Shown: piece after piece, positions 37,936 through 50,900 of the stretch
Layout: every line of letters starts with the position of its first letter
Position numbering within the stretch: position 1 is the first letter of the stretch
Origin: Antedon mediterranea
Taxonomy: Eukaryota; Animalia; Echinodermata
Reading direction: 5' to 3'
Length of the DNA: 64,000 bases
NCBI RefSeq assembly: GCF_964355755.1
Contig: NC_092678.1
Span: 7,952,422 to 8,016,421 of the forward strand
Program-made: the position numbers and the translations under genes
The notes under the pieces: model-generated
Seen by the model: only the letters and a program-made list of their open reading frames with translations
Told to the model about the DNA's origin: nothing
The model's database searches: none

Positions 37936-38959
37936 TCACAATGTATTAAGTGGAATCTGTACAGGTGCCGGTTGACGCACTTTGCAGTTAAAAATATAAG
38001 CAATTGTGTAAAGATACGGATTGACTGAGGAGTTGATGGGGATGATAAATGTCGCTGCCCAAACATATATGTCATCAGGAATCGTCATCCAACCCGTCTC
38101 GGAACCAATTGCCATTACTATAATCGGGGCCCAGCAACAGAAATCAGTGAAAACTATTAAGCCTAGTTTTCTCGCCATTTTTAACTGTTCTTTCCTCCTC
38201 TGTCTTCTATTGACAGTGGCCCCCGATCTTTTCACTGACAAGAAAATTGTCAGATAACTAAGTACAATTAAAAAAAAACCGACGCCATTAAAGGCAACAA
38301 AAATAGCAACAGCATACTCCCAACCTGGCCACCGACTTCTGGTTAAAGGTAGTGCAAGGCACACACTTTCCTTTCCATAATAATTGTCACCAAAATACGA
38401 TAAGTTTAATTCATTGGCTGTCACTGGAAGAAAACTCAGCACAATCCAGAATAGCCATCCGAAGCTGATAATGATTCGACATTTTGTACGGTTGAGGCGT
38501 TTCGTACTAAATGGATTAACAATGTTAATAGCTCGATCGACACTCAGCAGCATCAGTGTAAACACTGAGCATTGCCCAGAGAGTGTAGAAATAGCCCCTG
38601 CAAAACTGCAAAGGACACTATTTCTCCAATCTCTGGAAACCTTTCCGTATCTTCCTCTGTAATGTATATCCGCACTCGCAATGATGATCAGGTAGACTGC
38701 CATCAGCAGGTCAGACACGGCGAGGTTGGTGATAAGTGTGGTTTGGACTTTATTAACATTGTTAATATCATTATCTTTTTTAAACTTTCGTGAAACGATA
38801 ACAACAACATTCCCAATGACCGAAGATAACCCGATAATCATCATCAACACACGGAGAAGTTCATTTTTTAGCAAGTCTTCACACGATGCAAATGCATCTG
38901 AAGGCTCGCAGACATCGATGGGGCCAACAAGGCAACAGAGACTAGAGTATTCCGAGTAC
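37936..38959 (-). CDS. GPCR terminal exon: LGR hinge + 7TM domain
   Basis: Acceptor ttttag|g. Hinge YSEYSSLCC..CEPSDAFASCEDLL; class A/LGR motifs GNVVVI, NLAVSDLLM, SVDRA, CLALP, FTDFCCWAP, PINSSVNPYLY. TGA at 37936-38. Confidence 0.95.
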
Positions 38960-41900
38960 CTAAAAGAATCAAATATAGCAACATAATAAGTGCTAAGTTA
39001 TTAAATGTTGGGATGTTTTAAATAGTTCAGGACCAACATTTTAAAATTTTGCATGTTATCTGCATATCTTTTGCAATATTTTTAAGTTTGACCTAAGTCT
39101 GTATTTATTGTCTTGTTTACGTTAGCCCACCACTTGATGTTTAAGCTCAAGTAGTATACGTATGAAATGCCATATGTAGCAAAATGTTTCTCTTTTTATG
39201 AATAATAAGTAGAAGTTGTGTAGATCTATCAATACTTACAATTCTTTTAAGCCTGTAAATTGCTGAAAAGTTCTATCTCTGTAAACCTTTAACTTGTTGC
39301 CTCTTAACTTTCTAAAAATAGCAAATTTAAACACTAAATTAAACATTGTTAAGAATGTACAAGAAGAATTACCAGAGTTGCCAAAATTATTATTTCTGAG
39401 GTGGTTTCTTTGTATCAACTTTTTTTTGTCTAGAACTGTGTATGTTTCACACTTTCTCCTCTTTCATTCATTACTAGCTTAATATATCTATGTTGTATAC
39501 ATAACATTTCTTATTATAATAATATAAATTAATAATAATAATATAATATAATATTGTACAGAACTAATAATATGTTTAGATTCGAGTGTTTAGTTATTGT
39601 AGCTTGGTATTTTTAAAGTTGGTTTTATAAAGTAACTAACACTAAATGTCTTCAATTTTTTAAAAATAAATCAATTTCTGCAATATATAACCATTTAAAA
39701 ATGTCGATGAAATTGAATTGAAAAATTTAACAGAGTCGAGCAATTATCAAGTATTTGGATCTATGATTTCTGAAATTGAAGAGCACATTAATAGATTTTA
39801 GGGGTAAATCACATGTGCATAAACACAATTACTGTTTATTAAAAATAGGTCAAAGTGATAAGGATGATTTAATTGAGCCAATCAAAGGTGGATGTTTGAT
39901 CCTGATATAAATCATACCAATTTAGGTTATGGACAAATTGCACAGTGTTAACTTACAAAATCGAAAGTGATGAAACAACAAAAGAAAATGCCTCAGGATC
40001 TATGGTAGTTATAGAGTTGTTATCTAAGTTCCTGTTAAAAGATAAATCAACAGACCCTTAATTATATGATTAGCTTAACCAATTAATATACTATAATTAG
40101 TAAGATTTACAGTAGGACAGCTCTACTCAGGAGACACTTTCCGCAAACGAGGGGCAATATATGTTATAACACAATGGCCAACCCCTAAGAGGACAATATT
40201 TTTTCCCATTATAAAAACAATAAACACGTTGTTGGGTTTTGAAGGTGTCCCATTAATATGGCTTTTACTGTAATTTAAAATATAAAAGTACATGAACAAG
40301 AGAAAACACTTACAGTGTTGTCAATGCTGTCAAACCATTAAATGCATTAGCTGGCAATGTACTGATTTTGTGACCATTCAAACGCCTTCAAAATAAAATT
40401 GTCATAGTAAAGTAAAATTATTATATCATAGTTGTTTGATACAGAAAAATAATTCATAGTATGGAAAATCCAAGTTGTTTGATACAGTATTATGGTGTAA
40501 AAAAAAAATTATTGACAAAAGAGATCTTTGAATCAAATAATCATGTATATAAACAATAATATAATTAATTCATATTGTTTCTCTGATCTATAGATTGGCA
40601 CCGGTGTTACAGCAATGTTAGGGCAGTCTATGACATACAGTATCAACTGGAATAATTAGAATAGTTCTAAAACGACAATAAATAAAGTTTCTTTTGAAAT
40701 TAAGAAGTTTGTAAAAGTATTGAAAAAATACTCACAGTTCTGTCAATGATTTCAAACCAGAAAATGCATTGGCTTCCAATGTGTGTATTTGGTTACCTTC
40801 CAACCGCCTTAAATGATAAATAATGCACAGTATAATGGTCTTGCTAGCTTAGGCTTGAGCAGGTAAGTTAATTGCAAATTATCTATTGAGTTCTACAGTA
40901 CATTTTATATAATTGTGGGGTTTGCTCATGTCCAGTCCGAGTTTCCAAACACTCATTTTTTCAGCCTTAGTAAGCTATAAGCTTCCGCATGGTAATTGTT
41001 TCTGTCCTCTTGAATATAACTGCCTAAAGGAGCGGCGCAAAAAGAAGCCCATCTCAAAATTGAGCACATCTAGAAAAGAAGCTCACCCAAGAATCCAAAA
41101 GTAAGAAGCAGAAATTGCCTTCTTTTCAATGTTTTATGATAATACATAATAATCTGAAATTGTTAATTCTACATGTATGATTTAATTTAGTGAAATAATA
41201 TAAATTAGTAAACGTAGCAAATAGTATGAAAAAACTCACAGGTCTGTCAAAGCTGACAAACCATTAAATGCACTGGCTGGCAATGTACTGATTTGGTTAC
41301 CATCCAACCTCCTACGAAGGAAAAAGAATGAACAGTATAATAAAATTACAATATTCAAGAAGGTTGATTTTTTTCCTAATATGGTAATACAGTATGGTAC
41401 TACAGTTACTCTATAGGACCATTACATTAAAATGTGCATACTGTTAGAAAATTGTAATACATTATTTTATTCTGGTACAAGAATTGAATTGACATTTAAC
41501 TATAATATAATAAGGAATTCATAATTACAAATTAAGAGACGTTTACTACGTATACTGTTTCGTGTGAAACAGATATTTATTTAGTTAACATTGAGGGCGT
41601 CCTTTCTTGTCTCTAATAAAACAAGCGTAGATCCCTATGGAACGCCGGGAGTGCCACTTTCGGCGACCTTTTAATGCGGCTCATGGCATTCAGCAGCGAC
41701 TTTTGTCATTAGCGGCAGCTACACCATCCGGCGACTTGTGTATTTTTTTTTCTCTTTTGTGGCGCAAACACCACTTTTATTCACATTCATATTATCTCAT
41801 ATTACATAAAATCAGTACAGTACAGTATTATTTAACTTGTAAATGTCGTTACAGTTCATACAGTAAGTAACATTTTTACATATATGAATTCTGTATTACT

Positions 41901-44900
41901 CCTTTTTTCATTAATTTTCTTATATTTTGTTATACACTTGACAGGATCATCATTATCATCTATCCCGTTTTAAAATAGTTCACACATTTTCATTTGTTTG
42001 TTTTTATTTTACAACCCGGATTATACAATATATTTATATACATGATAAAAAAAACAATAATAGCTCAGTACCACCAGTAACCCGTATCACTGTAATTCTT
42101 TTTCTGTTAATCGTATCAAATTAGAAATTATATTATCATAATCGTATTTCTTAAAGCTACCCATTTTTCTATACTTGTTTCTTTATTGTTATATGTTTCA
42201 CATTCAATGTTATATAACATATTGATTTTAAATGAATTCCATAAAGATTTACCCACTGGCTTATTTAGTGCAGATAACATTTTTATTCTATAAATAGTAA
42301 ATGCTGCAAAAGTGTAAATATAATCTATTAGCTTATCTCCCGTTCCTAGTATTAATTGTTTAAATGATATATTATTGTGATTTAAACTTACAAAGATACT
42401 AAGCATTTTCCTCCAATATTTCTGAATAAATCTACAACTAAAAAACAAATGATTTTCATTTTCAATTTCTCCACATTTGTCACACGTTTGTGTTTCCTTA
42501 ACTTTCCACTGATACAGCCGTTTGTTGGTAGGCAGTATTCTATGTAACATCTTATAATTGAATTGTGCTAGTTTCTTATCTTTCATTTTACATACTTTCC
42601 GTAACCAAGAAGTTTTCCAATCAATGTTGTTATCATTGAAGTACTCTTCCCATTTTAGTTGTAACATTGGAATAATGAAATATTCTTTCACAAACCATGA
42701 GTATATTAGTTTGGTAGTATTAATCTCATACTTGGTCCCAACTAATTCATCATTATCATCACAATTGAAAATATCTACCTCCTTAATAATACGTTTCCAT
42801 TGAATTGGTATTGCCTTAATAATGCACAAATACTCATTTAACCAGTTTGTTTTACATTGTAGTTTCACCAGTATTTCGTTTGATGTTAAAAAAGCGTTCT
42901 TATTAACAATGTCTTTAATACTGATAATGCCACTGTCAATCCAATGCTTGTAGAAAAGCGATTTTTTTTTTAGTTTAACGTAGTGGTTTCCCCACAGTTG
43001 CTCATTCATTATATCGTTATAAGTTTCAGGTTTTTTTTAGAGATTCTGTTATAATTTATGTTGGCTTTTATCATATTTTTGTAAAACAGTGGAATTTTAT
43101 CAGAATTAACATCAATAATGTTATAACATGACATATTATGTAAAACATTAACATCACATATTTTTTTAATATAATACATTGGAATATTTTTCCATTTACC
43201 ACCAGTCTAGCCTAGTTAGAGATATATAGGCGGACGGCTAGAGAGAGGCCAGCTTATTCTACTACTAAATAAAAGACAAACAAAAATCCTTACATTTTCT
43301 CTTTCAAAATTGACATGAAGATGTCCTAAATTAATTTCATCAAGAATTTCACGCAACGTTTTCATTTTGAAGGTGCTTTCATAAAGATGTACACATGAAT
43401 AATAATAAAATTCGTAACAAAATACTAAATGAATCAACACTCTGGCATGTGCTGCATGCAACAAGGTATTTTGATCCTGATAAGTTGTTTAGCCTTTTCC
43501 TTCCAGACGTTACAAAATGTCCCGTAACCTTCCAAGGTTAAGCTGTTATCGTTGCGCAATTAGTCGGCATACAAAAAAGCTGCCTAATCCTTAAGTCGCC
43601 AAATAAAGAAGTCACCGACAAAGTTATTCAACCCAAACAAAGTCGCCACATTAAAACAAATTGTAACCAAATGTTAAAGTCGCCGAGTCACCGCATGAAA
43701 ATGTTGCAGCTGAATGGTAAAGTCACCGAGTCACCGCATGAAAAAGTTGCAGCTGAATGGTAAAGTCGCCGAGTCGCCGCATAAAAAAGTTGCAGGTGGA
43801 TGGTAAATTCGCCGAGTCGCCGCATGGAAAAGTCACATTATGGGCTGCAATGTTATTAAGTCTTTCCGGCCTTTTAGCGAATCTGCTTGCAATAGATTTG
43901 GTCAATGGATAACATCACAAGATTGGCATGAAATACTGGAAACCGACGACCTTGATGAAAAAGTAAATATTTTCGAATCAACATTATGTCTGGCATACGA
44001 ACGTTGTTTTCCAAAGCGCAGAATTAAAGTTCATTCAAATGACAAACCATGGATCACACCAAAAATAAAAGGACTTTGTAAGGAGAGACAAATTAGCTTT
44101 CATAAATATGGAAAAATGTCCCGCCATTTCCGTACACTTAGAAACCAAGTAATTTGGGAAATCAAACAAGCAAAGATTAAATACTACAAATACGAAGTTA
44201 ACAATCTGCAAAACACTAACGCAAAGCAGTGGTTCCAAAAAGTTAACCAAATATGCGGTACGAATAAAAAGAAATCTGTGTTGAATCTAGAAACTGAAGA
44301 AACCGATCCGCTTAAAATTTGCCAACTAATAAATAGCTACCTAGCGAATATATGCCAGAAGATTGAACCCCTACAAACTAATAGTCTACCATCATACCTT
44401 CCTTGTGGCTATGCACCGACACTCAACTTCTGGCAGGTGTATCATCAGCTTCAGAAAATAAACTGCAACAAATCAGTTGCCCCGGGTGATCTACCGCCTC
44501 GCGTCATCAAAGAATTCGCATTTGAAATTGCATCACCGTTAGTTGACATCTACAACGCATCACTCTCGCAAGGCATAGTCCCGCGCAAGTGGAAAGAGGC
44601 GACCATAACCCCACTTCCTAAAGTGAAAAGACAGGTTAACTTAAATCAAATCAGACCCATATCCATTACACCAATTTTTGTACGCATGCTAGAACACTTT
44701 GTCTCGTCATGGATAAAACCCAAGATCGCGCCTAAATTAGACGAAATGCAATTTGGAAATCGCACAGGAGCGTCTAAAAGTCACTATCTTACTAGCATGT
44801 TACACTATTTACTTCAAGGTCTTGATAAACCTGGACACGAAGCAACGGTTATTGCAGTTGATTTTCGTAAAGCGTTTGACCTAATTGATCATACAATCGC

Positions 44901-47900
44901 TGTCAAGAAGTTAATTGATATTGGAGTTCAACCTGAATTGATGCCGTGGATTTGTGATTTTCTGAGCGAACGTAAACAGAGAGTGAAACTCAATGGCGGT
45001 TTTTCAAACTGGCAAGGAATAACTTGCGGAGTTCCTCAGGGGACGAAACTGGGTCCCTTAATTTTCCAAGTAATGGTTAACAATTCGCTTAGAGACTTTC
45101 CAAATCGGTGGAAGTATGTAGATGATTTGTCAATATGTGAAGTTCACAAGAAAACCCCGCCTAATGTTCAAGATCAATTAAACGAACTATCACAATGGAC
45201 CAAAGACAATAATATGATAATTAATATTGAAAAAACTAACTTTATGAACATTTCTTTTGCCAAATCTCAACCCATTGTTAAATCATTTACGATAAATAAT
45301 ATAAAAATAACCAATGTTGAATGCTTAAAGTTACTTGGGGTTCAGATCACTAATGATCTGAAATGGAATATGCATATCCACGATGTTGTTAATAGAGCCA
45401 GTAAGAGATTACATATGTTGACATGTTTAAAAAGATTTGGAATGCCTTGTAACCATCTGCGTCAAATGTATATTAGCCACATAAGACCTGTAACTGAATA
45501 TGCGTGTCCGGAATGGCACTCTGCCTTAACCATAGCACAATCCATGGAGCTTGAATCTATACAGAAACGCGCATGTAGAATAATTCTCGGACAAAAATAT
45601 GCATCCTATGATCAAGCAATTAAACTACTTAATCTTAAATTTTTAGATCAAAGAAGAGAAGATATTCTTCTTGATTTTGCTAAAAATCTTAACAAAATCG
45701 TCCCTAACGCACTTCCTAAATTGAGAGGCGAAACGTGTGGCAGGATACTTAGAAATGCTAAGAAGCAAAGTGAAATATATGGCAATACTAAAAGATTCAA
45801 CAACTCATGTTTCCCAGCACTGTGTAGACTAATTAATAAACCAAAATAAACACAACAATAATAATAATAATAATAAGTAATAAGTACTTTCATCAGTTTC
45901 TTCCATGTGTAATATATCCTTTTTAAAAATATTTCTTTTTTAAACTTTTTAACTTTTTAATGTTGTAAATTTTGATGTTTGAAAGCTTGTACCAATTTTA
46001 TATGTAAATCTCTCGCAATTCAGTTTTATTTTATATATACTGCAAAGAGAAATTTTAAATAAAAGCAGAATGAATGAATGAAGATATTTATACTGTGATG
46101 TTTAGGGTATGTGTTCTTTATCTGAATACTGTTACTGATTTAACGTAGACTTTTATACAATTTATGTAATTAATGATTATTGATCAACATTTTGTAGCAT
46201 TGAGAGCATGTGTTATTGCCGCTACGAAAGCCTTTGTTAGGGCTTCGTTTCTATATATCCAGAATTTCATGGATGCTTTTTGAGTTAATTTACCGACTTA
46301 TATAGTGTAATCTAGAATTATTGCGGTCATAAGATATTATGTAATGTTATAGGTAATTTTTATATGTTTTAAGAATAATGGTATTATGATGTAGATAATT
46401 GATTTCAATGAGTTTTCAACTTAGAAAATATCAGTATGGACCATTTGCTAAAGCACGTCACATAGCCGCTTGTTTTAATGACTAATGAATATTCATGAGT
46501 TGTACCTTGCTATCTGCGCATTGGTTACATAATACTGTAGGAATGTTATCTGACCTTCCTTTGTTCTTGCATAGCTTTTTTTATGGGTTTTGTATGGCTG
46601 TTTTCAGCTGTAAACAGATTTGTGTATATGTATTTAGACTGTAGTTCTTAATATTATAGGATCTACCAACTGTTAATCTGCTTAAGATACTGAAGTTAAT
46701 CAGAGACTTGTTTAAATGTTAATTACATCCGGTCAAAGTAGTAAGTTTCCATTGATTATGCTTTATAATATTATGTTTGAATTAATGAATCAGAATTGAA
46801 CATGAAAAGAATAATGTTAACTATCTAATGACAAGTCATTATTGAAAGGGTTGATGATTATGGATGCATTAATCTAATATTGAAATAATGTTTTATGTAT
46901 GTTTTCTATTTACATGAGCTTTTTAGTCAGGTTGACTTTTACTGTAACCTTTGTTTTTTATTCAATCTTTACAGAATTGAATGGTGTTAAATAAACACTC
47001 ATACATTAAGATCGGTTGTGATATTGTACTTTACTTCTGTCCGCCTCGCCACAATTCAATTTACTATTGTAAACCGCTGAGGAGTGATGGAGGAAAAGAA
47101 ACTGAAGAGACGAACAAGTAAGTCCAGATTCACCAGGCAGAAGAAACACCTGGACAACCTGGTTGATCATGATGAATCCGTTGAGGAAATCCAAACAGAA
47201 TTTGGAAAACTGGAATTGGCCTTTCATGGACTACAAGACAGACACGATGAGTATTGCGAAATGATTAAAGATGAAGAAGCATACAACAAGGAGGAGGAAT
47301 ATATTCAGGCATGTATGGATGAGTTTTTAGCAATTAAGGCTAAATACAAAATGGCTCTGAAAAAAAATCCACCTCAACTTCCGTTACCAGTACAAGTACA
47401 CGGACTGTCTAATCAGTCACCGCCTGCTTCGATTAATTCTGCATCCCTGTCAGATCCAGTTAGTGAAGTCATCGAGTCTTTGAATTCATCATCAACTGTG
47501 CAGACACGCCAGATAAAACTGAAACCTAGGGTTGAAAAACCAAAGTTACCTGTGTTTAGTGGAGACGTCAGAGAATACTGGACCTTTAGAGATGACTTTA
47601 AACACATGATTGAACCTGTCTATGAACCAAGAGATGCTGTTTCAATACTGAGGACCAGTCTAACAGGCAAACCATTAGAGTTACTAAAGGGAATAGGAAC
47701 CGACTATGTTGCATGCTGGAAGTACCTAGATCTATATTATGGGGATCCAAGAATAATTTCAGATGCTGTGACGCAAGATATATGAAAGTTTAGAGTGCTT
47801 AAAGAAGGAGAAGATCAGCGCTTTTGTGAGTTCTCACACCTAGTCAGAAGATGTTTGAACATACTAAAACAAGTTGGTAAGGAAGCGGATATGAACAATA

Positions 47901-50900
47901 ATCATATGCTAGCCCTAATTGAGATGAAACTAACCACAGAGGATAGGAAAGTGTATGCAAGATGTCTGCAACAAAAAGAAGAAGACGCCTCCTTAGAAGG
48001 TTTGCTTAAGTTTCTTGAAGTAGAAATGAGGTCTAGAATGAGAGCCACTGCAGCCGTCCGTAGTACACAGTCACCTGCTCAAGGTAAAGTTAATATGGGA
48101 CAGCAGGAAATAGATGGTCAAGCCAAACCAGATAACCAACATAAATCCAATCAACAGAAGTCAAACCAACATAAGTCTACATGGAAGAAATGCTGGGGTT
48201 GTAACACCAATGACCATTGGCCAGACCAGTGTACCATGATATCAGGATTACATGCAGCAGCCCGTCTAAAGATGGCGAAAGAAGTACATGCCTGTTTTAG
48301 TTGTCTGAAGAGAGCCGCCAAAAACCACAACATGAGGACTTGCAACCGGCGAAAGCAATGCAGCCAGGACAAGTGCGAGTCATACCATCATATACTTCTT
48401 CACCAAACTCCTACTAATTATTTAGCTAGTGTAGCTGCAAATGCCAATGATGTTGTGTTACCTGTAATTACTGTGAGGTTAGGTGTTGGTGACAATCACA
48501 TAGCTGGTAATGTCATGCTCGATTCGGGAGCTAACGTAACATTAAACCGACAAACTGTAGCAGAGGGATTCAACCTGGAAGGAAAACCAATAAGTATTGA
48601 CATTGGTATCCTAGGAGGTGAAATTCAAGCCCATCAGACCAAAATCTACCGAGTCACAATCTTAGCTCGCCAGAAAGAGCATACGATATCTGCTATTGAA
48701 GTTCCTGAGATAGCCAATGTGAAAAAGCCCAACAAGAATGTCATTAAGAGTTTAGAACGAGAGTTAGGCTGTACGTTGAGCCGAGGAGATGGTGCGGTTG
48801 ATGTTCTAATTGGTGTAGACTATCCTATGATGCATAGTGGAAAGACCAGGCAAGTAGATGGCTACTTACTCAGAAAATCACCATTAGGCTGGGTAACATT
48901 CGGGTCATCCAACAACCACCACAAACATAATATGACAGTGTTAACGATCAACTTAACTGAGAAGACCGATCTAACTAAGTTTTGGAGAACAGAAGAAATG
49001 GGGGTTCAGTTGCCAAATTGTTCCTGTAATCAATCACCATCTCATAAACTAAAGTTGACACCTTCAGAGAGACAAGAGTACAACGTGATGTGGAGGTCCT
49101 GTAAAAAGGTCGGAGACAAGTGGCAAATACCATACCCATGGAAAATGGATGTTTCAAAGCTAATTGACAACCAACTGCTTGCCGAGAGAATGCTAGTCTC
49201 GACTGAAAATCGACTAAAGAAAGACCTATCACACCTGAAATGCTATCAGCAACAAATGGAAGAAATGGTACAATTAGGTTTTTCCCGGAAACTGTCAGAG
49301 AATGAAATAGCGACTTATGATGGACCAATATGTTACCTGCCACACCACGCCATTATCAGATCAGATAAAAAAATCGACACCTGTAAGAATTGTATTTAAT
49401 GCATCTGCTAAATTTCAGGGCCAAGCACTAAACCAATTTTTGGGAGAAGGGTCCTGACTTACTTAATAATCTGTTTGGAGTTCTCTTGCGATTCAGGCAA
49501 CAAGAAATCGCTCTAGCTGCTGATATTTCGAAGATGTATCATCGTATATCTATACCCGAGAGCGACCAGCAAGTTCATCGATATCTATGGCGTGACTGTA
49601 ATCAAACAAAGAGGGCCGACATATATGTTAAAACTAATGTCACCTTTGGCGACAAACCAGCTCCTGCCATGGCTCAAGTAGCGTTGAGAAAAACAGCTAA
49701 AGTTAATGAGGAGACTTATCCAGAGGCAGCTCAAGTTATCACCAATGACAGTTATATGGATGACATACTGACGTCAGTGTCCGATGTTAAATCTGCCGAA
49801 CAATTGTCAACAGACATCGACCATGTGCTGAAAACAGGAGGCTTCCAAGTCAAAGAATGGATATTCAATGGTCAAATTCACAACTCGCCTACCAATCAAC
49901 AACTAAATGACAAATCGGTCCTGAATGACGAGTTAGAACAGAAGGTTCTAGGGGTAGTATGGAACCCTACCACCAACCTATTGCTTTATAAAGTTAAACC
50001 TGCCTCATTTCCAGCAAATGTTCTTACAAAGAGAATTGTTCTCAGTGAGCTGGCGAAAGTTTTTGATCCGATTGGCTTTGCTACGGCATTCCTGATAAGG
50101 GGAAAGATTATGATGCAGAAGCTATGGCAACAAGGGTGTGACTGGGATGATGACTTAAATGAAAATAGTAAAGCCGAATGGAGACAATTCTTTACAGAAT
50201 TAGCAGACTTAGATAAAGTTTCCTTTCCAAGATGCCTGTTGTCTAATTCCAGCCTCAAACCACCTGAACTAATTGTCTTTTGTGATGCTTCTGAGAATTA
50301 CAAGCTGCTGTTGTTGCATCACGACTGTACAGTACGATTAAAGAAGAAATGACAGTGAGTTTTGACCGAGTTGTATTCTTTTCGGATAGTATAATAGCTT
50401 TGTCTTGGATCCGACGAGGTCAGTCTAGACTCTACAAGTCATTTGTAGCAAACAGAGTTGCTGAAATTCAGGGTCATAAAGATCCATCTGATTGGCGTCA
50501 TATACCAAGAGAAAACAACATCGCCGACCAAGTATCCAGAGGTATTAATATAAAGAACCTGGAGAATGAATGGAAGAATGGACCAGCCTTTCTGAAGTTA
50601 CCGGAAGAACAGTGGCCAAAGTCTATTCCTAAAGCGGACACTAAAGAAATAGATCAAGAAAGGAAGAAAGATAAGACGGTATTAATGGTAAGCGCAGAGA
50701 AGAAAGTCGTCATCGACAGCGAAAGGTTTTCCTGCTGGAGGAAGTTAATCAGAGTCACGGCGTATGTTTTTAGATTTATTGCTAACCTGAAGGCGAAATG
50801 CAGTATAAATGAGGGTTCACTTTGCGCGGAAGAATTAAACATGGCGGAAGAGTACTGGATTTTTGATGCTCAGAAACAACTTAATGCCAGAATTCAGAAA

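Noticed and set aside
38021-38986. Plus-strand ORFs overlapping the 7TM exon
   Set aside because: They are antisense shadows of the GPCR coding exon with no recognisable motifs.
40900-41125. GC-richer intronic patch with a 63-aa ORF
   Set aside because: No recognisable domain, no LRR pattern and no convincing element termini.
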